Origin: Ferruginibacter sp.
GTDB taxonomy: Bacteria; Bacteroidota; Bacteroidia; Chitinophagales; Chitinophagaceae
Length of the DNA: 43,037 bases
Direction of reading: 5' to 3'
Assembly: GCA_031416575.1 (NCBI GenBank)
Contig: JANOTW010000056.1
Span: 1-43,037, forward strand
Positions 37,762-43,037 of the stretch are shown piece by piece. The notes under the pieces were generated by a model. The model worked only from the letters and a program-made list of their open reading frames with translations. It ran no database searches and was not told the origin of the DNA. Position 1 is the stretch's first letter. Every line of letters begins with the position of its first letter. The translations under genes were made by a program, and so were the position numbers.

Positions 37762-37956
37762 TATACTTCACAAGGGATAAAAACGTGAGGAAAATTTTTT
37801 GTCCGGGCAGTGAAGCTATATGGATCATTCTTGCATCGCCCTCTTGTACTTAATACCATTGGGCAACTTTAATTACGTTTTAAATTGATTCCTGTGCGTA
37901 TTTTATTTGGTGATTGTGCAAAATAAATATCATTAATTAATCCTTTGCGCAGTATA
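37762..37956 (+). mobile_element. Full-length element A (MITE-like), copy 11
   Basis: Left end TATACTTCACAAGGGATAAAAACGTGA, right end TTAATCCTTTGCGCAGTATA; colinear with copy 8. Confidence 0.8.
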
Positions 37957-38001
37957 ATCAAAAAACTAATAAAGCCCTATATTATTAGCTGACATTCCCA
38001 T

Positions 38002-38604
38002 TTAGGGAATAGGGGTAAAAGCCCAAATAAAAACTACTTCTTTTAATAATTCCATATTGCCATCCGGCTTATTAAGGATGGTAGAAATTTTAGCCAGTTT
38101 ATCAGTTTGCCATGTGAGTTGCTGTGTAAATATTTGATTATTCTCTTTTATTTCTTTTACTATATATACTTTGATGACATTGCCTGTTTCAGGATCAACA
38201 TACACATCCCAGTGGCGCAATGTTAATGAATCGGGAATTGCATTTATAGGATCGTAGGTAAAAGTAATGGCATTTAATGTTTGATCGTTAAATTTTGTTT
38301 CCTTAAAATATTTGGTAAATTTTGTTTCATTAATTTCGGGAGTAAGGAAAGGTAAAAAAAGTGGCTTCAACGCTGCTATTGGAATCCATGCGGAATCTGT
38401 TTTTTCTTTAATAGTAGTTATTTGTAAAGGAGTTACAGGTAAGGAATCCAGGGTAATTATTTGCCCCTTAATGAATGAAGTTACAGGGAAAAATGAATCC
38501 GTTTTTTTTTCATTGATATCATCAGGAGGGCTGGTTTGCTTATTATTATTGGTGCAACTATGTAGAACTAAAATAGTAATTGCTATCGTGCAAAATGTTT
38601 TCAT
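38002..38604 (-). CDS. Hypothetical lipoprotein
   Basis: MKTF..hydrophobic..LHSC lipobox; TATTTTTG lies 4 nt before this ATG. Confidence 0.7.
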   Translation of the reverse strand: MKTFCTIAITILVLHSCTNNNKQTSPPDDINEKKTDSFFPVTSFIKGQIITLDSLPVTPLQITTIKEKTDSAWIPIAALKPLFLPFLTPEINETKFTKYFKETKFNDQTLNAITFTYDPINAIPDSLTLRHWDVYVDPETGNVIKVYIVKEIKENNQIFTQQLTWQTDKLAKISTILNKPDGNMELLKEVVFIWAFTPIP

Positions 38605-38635
38605 TAGCCAAAAATACATAGAAAGCTGTTGGAAA

Positions 38636-38669
38636 CAAAAAGCCGCTGCAGAGTACGAAGCAGCGGCTA
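38636..38669 (-). terminator. Rho-independent terminator
   Basis: Perfect 9-bp stem AGCCGCTGC/GCAGCGGCT with a U-run on the minus strand. Confidence 0.75.
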
Positions 38670-38735
38670 CTTTAAACGAAGTACTTGTAGGGCACTTAGA
38701 AAGATTGCGGTAAAAATATTATTTGAGATGAATAA

Positions 38736-40316
38736 TTATTTTAAAGTTTTAGAAACACCAAACTTTAATCCATAGTTAATGAGCTTTTCTTCTACAGCGA
38801 ATTTTTTGCTGTTTGTTGAAAATAACTGGGTACGAAATTGCGGGCCTATCTGCCAGGTGAACCCGTTGGCTTTAAAGCTTATAAAAGTTTCGAATCCCGC
38901 ATTAAGGTTCCACTTGTTGAGCATGGAAGTTTCCTTTACATAATTGCGCCTGTCGGAAGAAATCAGATACGATTTGCCAGCAGCTACATAAGTAGGTTGA
39001 ATAGTTACGCCTAAGTTCCATTGCAAATTATCATTGCCCATCAACTTCATATCCATACCCATCGGTAGGGATACCTGAAAAGTTTCGTTGTGAAGCCTGG
39101 CTGCTTCAAGCCCGTTTTTGTTGGAATATGGAGTTGTTCTATATTCTTCGTATGAAGTATTTGTTTTGTAATCGTTCATGGTTAGCTTGGTTGCAACAGG
39201 ATGCGTATTTTGAAACGCATGGGAATTGTAGCGTGTGTAGTTTAATTGTAAACCACCCTTTAATTTTAGTCCTTTAAAAATTGAATATTGAATACCCGTT
39301 CCAATTTCAAAACCTACCGAAGGGCTCTGATATACAGCATTGTTTATATTCAGGTTAGCAGGTGAAATAGCGAATGGTGTTGTGTTAGGTGTATTACCAA
39401 AATTTGGGTCATTGTATAATATTCTGTAAACAACTGAAGGAGTTGCATACATCTGCCATGCTAGTTTGTTGGCCCATTTTTTGGCAGCAGGTCTGTTGTA
39501 TAAAGCATAATTTTCAATCCAGTCTTTGTCTTCAGTGGAAATAAAATATTTCTTATTTACAGATAGAATGTTTTTTTCAACGGCGGTATTTCCGCCCTGG
39601 ATATGAACAGTTACTTTCTTATTGATATCCTGGATGGCCAAATCATTAATGTCTGTGTTTTCTATTAAATTGCTAATTGCTGTTTTTTGTATAACGGTTA
39701 AAACTCCGGAATGATCATCACCAGGTACGGTTTCATTATCGTCGGCGGTTTCAATTAGTTCATTGGTTAAACCCATTAAAGAATTGATTCCTGTATTAAA
39801 AGGATTGATTGTTTCTTTTATTGCCGGGTTGTTGATATTGGCACGGCCATTATTAGGGTCCATAATATCAGAAATGGATGATTGACGGACAGTCAAAATT
39901 GCTACAGTTGAAGATTGAGGGGTTACCTTATTATTGATTTTGGTATTTACATTATTAATTGATGCTGCACTATTATTATTATATGGCAATGTACCTGTTG
40001 CCTGGTTTTTATTACCAGCATATTGAGTAGGTGTTTGTGAAACAAATGGAGGAGGTTTTTTTTGTGCGATTATTTTTTGCTGAAGCGTATTATTACCGGG
40101 CACGGTATCTAAATTCGAATTATTAGTATTTAGGTATCCCATTAATAGAATTGCGGTAATCAGTGTGATACTCATTGCAACTGACGGCCATTTCCGTCCG
40201 GGGTGTATATTATTGTAGATGCTGTGCCAAATACGTTTGGAAGGGTACAACCTGAATTCGTCTGATTTTTCTCTCAGCAATCGTTCAAAATCATCAGTAT
40301 AAAAATTTCTGTCCAT
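38736..40316 (-). CDS. Putative anti-sigma factor with TM helix, Asn-rich linker and C-terminal outer-membrane beta-barrel-like domain
   Basis: N-terminal FE..LREK......P...W..I, one TM, low-complexity region, then amphipathic beta strands ending YGLKFGV; lies downstream of the ECF sigma gene. Confidence 0.6.
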   Translation of the reverse strand: MDRNFYTDDFERLLREKSDEFRLYPSKRIWHSIYNNIHPGRKWPSVAMSITLITAILLMGYLNTNNSNLDTVPGNNTLQQKIIAQKKPPPFVSQTPTQYAGNKNQATGTLPYNNNSAASINNVNTKINNKVTPQSSTVAILTVRQSSISDIMDPNNGRANINNPAIKETINPFNTGINSLMGLTNELIETADDNETVPGDDHSGVLTVIQKTAISNLIENTDINDLAIQDINKKVTVHIQGGNTAVEKNILSVNKKYFISTEDKDWIENYALYNRPAAKKWANKLAWQMYATPSVVYRILYNDPNFGNTPNTTPFAISPANLNINNAVYQSPSVGFEIGTGIQYSIFKGLKLKGGLQLNYTRYNSHAFQNTHPVATKLTMNDYKTNTSYEEYRTTPYSNKNGLEAARLHNETFQVSLPMGMDMKLMGNDNLQWNLGVTIQPTYVAAGKSYLISSDRRNYVKETSMLNKWNLNAGFETFISFKANGFTWQIGPQFRTQLFSTNSKKFAVEEKLINYGLKFGVSKTLK

Positions 40317-40359
40317 CTTTCACAAGGTTTCTTTTAGTCATAGTTAGCTTGGTTAAATC

Positions 40360-40944
40360 CTATTTTGTAGCCAATGCCGCACCAAAAAAGGGTGCTTTGA
40401 CGCGTGGCTTTAAAATTATTTTCTTTTTTACTAAAACATCTTCCAACATCGCCTTTGCCCTTGTATATTGCGAACGGCTGGTGCTTTCTTCAATATCCAA
40501 CATGTTCCCGATTTCTTTATGCGAATACCCTTCAATCGCATATAGGTTCAATACGGTTCTATATCCAACCGGCAATAACCTGATACATTCCACCACTTCT
40601 TTCGCCTGCATAATAGAGGGTATGCTTTCTTCTCTTATTCCTATCCCCCCTGCAAAAGTTATATCAACACTGTCCGAGAATTTTTTATTCTTTTTGAGTA
40701 CATTGATACAAGTGTGTACCACAATTCTTCTTATCCATCCTTCCAAAGCACCCTCACTTCTGTATTGATGTATTTGCGAGAATACTTTAATAAATCCTTC
40801 CTGCAACATATCTTCCGCATCTTCCCTGTTTTTTGCAAAACGGTAACATACTCCCAACATCCGGGGACTAAAACGGCTATATAATGCCTCCTGCGAAGCT
40901 GCATTGTTTGTAAGACATCCGGCCAGCATAAGCTCTTCTGTCAT
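40360..40944 (-). CDS. ECF RNA polymerase sigma factor
   Basis: AEDMLQEGFIK, WIRRI and LP..YR.V.NL..IEGYSHKEI...L.I.ESTSRSQ. Confidence 0.93.
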   Translation of the reverse strand: MTEELMLAGCLTNNAASQEALYSRFSPRMLGVCYRFAKNREDAEDMLQEGFIKVFSQIHQYRSEGALEGWIRRIVVHTCINVLKKNKKFSDSVDITFAGGIGIREESIPSIMQAKEVVECIRLLPVGYRTVLNLYAIEGYSHKEIGNMLDIEESTSRSQYTRAKAMLEDVLVKKKIILKPRVKAPFFGAALATK

Positions 40945-41007
40945 ATATGTGCTTTGATTACACTATAAATATAGACAATTTGCAAACATTAATTGCTGCT
41001 TATTAAT

Positions 41008-41047
41008 AAAAAAAGCGGGTCAAAAATAAATATTCGACCGCTTTTTA
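41008..41047. terminator. Terminator downstream of the TonB-dependent receptor
   Basis: AAAAAAGCGG-GTC...GACCGCTTTTT. Confidence 0.6.
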
Positions 41048-41068
41048 TTGTAACCGCTATCGAACAAC

Positions 41069-43037
41069 TTACCAAATGGCTCTTAATGCCACAATAAAAT
41101 TTCTTCCGGGTGCTGAAAAACCAGAGGCAAAATACCTGTAATTTTTATCCAGCAAATTTTCAATCCCAACTTGTACCTGTAAATTTTTTACAATGGTTAT
41201 ATTCCCCTTCCAATTAACGGTAAGCCATGAAGGCATACCATCCGCTGTAGCGTATTGGGCGTTATCTTCCCCATCTGAGTTGAACTGGTCGAGGCGCTTC
41301 CATCCATTGTATAAAAAAAATAGTTCCGTATTGAATTTTTTTAGTTGATAAGAAAAAGATGATTTGCCAATCACCGGTGGAATGTGGTCAAGCGGTTTGG
41401 ATGAAACATTACGTTGCACCAGCAGATAGCTGCCATCCACTTGTTTCTCATATATAGCAGAAGGCTTTCCGGCATTCGTTTTAAACCTTCCATAACTATA
41501 AGTAAGTGTGGTACTAAAAATTAATCCTTTATAAATTCCGGTATTTAAACCAAAAGAAAAACCATACAGTGTAGCCTTATTTACATTTTGACTGGCCAGC
41601 ACCTGGCTTTTAACTCCGTTGTAAATAATGGAATCCTGCCCGTTTAGTTGAAATGGGGCCTTGATTATGGCATTTCCAAACAAAGTGTAATACCCGGTAA
41701 ATTCCAAGATCGCCCGTTCCGATATTTTTTGATAGATTGTCAAATCTAAATTATACGTATTCTCGGGTTTTAAATTTGCATTGGGAATTACTACCTGCTT
41801 CGCAGAGGTACTGGACTCGAAAATCTTGGCAAGGTCATCAATATTTGGTGCCCGAAAGGCGGAAGAAACCGAGGCTTTTAAAGTGGTGTTTTTATATGGC
41901 GTATATACAATGCCAATGTTTCCGTTTACAACAGCGTAATTTTGACGTACAGCAGTATCAGGCAAATGAAAAAATGAATTGTCTTTTATATTGCTTTTCA
42001 GGCTAACAGCCTGTATTCTTAAGCCGTCATTTAAAACCAGCTTTTTATTCCTGAATTTATAAACATGCTGGGCATAAATGCCGAAATAGTCCATTTTATT
42101 TTTGCCATCGGGGTAACGGGTATCTAAACCGCTAACTGAACCGGTATTCAGGTTTTTTCTTGATGCGGTAGATTTCACATCGTTTAATTGCGCATCCATA
42201 CCAACAGTTAATTCATTATTACCTTTTACTTTCCGGCCACTGATGGTTGCCCCGAAAACCTTTACTTTTTCTACCCTGCTATCAAACCGGTCATAGCGCT
42301 TAAAATCCCGTGTATGACGGCTTTCTTCTATATCCTGGAAATTGATATTGGCTTTCAGTTCGTCAACAAAGCCAAGCTTTAAAGCATTTAATTCATAGGC
42401 CCCAAGCAATCTTTTTTGTGGCCCATAATACCATTCTGCAAAACGCAACGTGCCGTTCCTGGTATCCTGTAACCTGTCGTACCGGGGCACATTATTGGTA
42501 TTGGAGAATTGCAGGTTTAATGTATGGGAGAGGTTTGCATTTTGTTTAAATAAAATTTTTTGCGTAATGTCCCATTGCTTGTATCCTGAATATTTTTGCA
42601 CCCTGTCATCAGGATTTATCAGTATCGTATCAAGGCCATTTATCTTTCCTGCATAAATGCTTCTTCTTCCAAAATCAGGGTATTTATCCGAATAATTATC
42701 CCCCATCTTCGTATCGCCAAAATCACTCAAATTATATCCCTGGAACCAGGCAAATTTTTTGCCCCCCAGGCTCACATCCGCATGAATGGTTTTTTCTTTA
42801 TTTGCAGAACTATACCTGGTAAATGCGGTGCCGGAAGTAATAAATTTTTTATCCCCTGATAGTATAGGTGATTTTGTAATTAAATGAATGATCCCACCCA
42901 GGGCATCACTACCATAGATGGTGGATGACGGGCCATACATTACTTCCACCCGGCTAAGGCTGTTTTGATCTAAAGTAATTACATTTTGTAAATGCCCGCT
43001 TCTGTAAATGGCATTGTTCATTCTTACTCCATCTATC
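41069..43037 (-). CDS. TonB-dependent outer membrane receptor (5' truncated by window edge)
   Basis: Plug motif RVEV..GP.S..YGSDALGG.I..ITK, FRAPN, L.PE and C-terminal NLLDKNY....PGRNF. Confidence 0.92.
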   Translation of the reverse strand, partial: IDGVRMNNAIYRSGHLQNVITLDQNSLSRVEVMYGPSSTIYGSDALGGIIHLITKSPILSGDKKFITSGTAFTRYSSANKEKTIHADVSLGGKKFAWFQGYNLSDFGDTKMGDNYSDKYPDFGRRSIYAGKINGLDTILINPDDRVQKYSGYKQWDITQKILFKQNANLSHTLNLQFSNTNNVPRYDRLQDTRNGTLRFAEWYYGPQKRLLGAYELNALKLGFVDELKANINFQDIEESRHTRDFKRYDRFDSRVEKVKVFGATISGRKVKGNNELTVGMDAQLNDVKSTASRKNLNTGSVSGLDTRYPDGKNKMDYFGIYAQHVYKFRNKKLVLNDGLRIQAVSLKSNIKDNSFFHLPDTAVRQNYAVVNGNIGIVYTPYKNTTLKASVSSAFRAPNIDDLAKIFESSTSAKQVVIPNANLKPENTYNLDLTIYQKISERAILEFTGYYTLFGNAIIKAPFQLNGQDSIIYNGVKSQVLASQNVNKATLYGFSFGLNTGIYKGLIFSTTLTYSYGRFKTNAGKPSAIYEKQVDGSYLLVQRNVSSKPLDHIPPVIGKSSFSYQLKKFNTELFFLYNGWKRLDQFNSDGEDNAQYATADGMPSWLTVNWKGNITIVKNLQVQVGIENLLDKNYRYFASGFSAPGRNFIVALRAIW

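Noticed and set aside
4866-37956. Element A as integron attC sites
   Set aside because: Mixed orientations, flanking core genes, no consistent RYYYAAC/GTTRRRY ends and no integrase.

Overview
AT-rich chromosomal window from a Bacteroidota genome, most likely Chitinophagaceae. This is inferred from TAnnTTTG promoters, the gldKLMN operon and the gene content. Most genes are core: glyQS, dtd, class II ribonucleotide reductase nrdJ, lpxD, acpP-fabF-rnc, gpsA, hemW, a BamA/TamA-like protein, DUF4271-hemD, gldKLMN, uvrC, an ECF sigma factor with a putative anti-sigma, and a TonB-dependent receptor. Accessory genes include a Fic protein, a PIN toxin with a small partner, a GxxExxY protein and an IS5-like transposase. 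The strongest unexplained signal is non-coding. About 11 copies of one ~95-135 bp interspersed element lie in the intergenic spaces. Several are enclosed by ~40 bp imperfect terminal inverted repeats (TATACT...AGTATA) and carry variable hairpin inserts at one fixed site. One has a second element inserted into its end with a readable target-site duplication. The GxxExxY gene is bracketed by its own ~50 bp inverted repeats, and an empty copy of that repeat pair occurs elsewhere. A palindrome also appears to be inserted in-frame in a MazG-like gene. All calls are by eye; no database searches were run.
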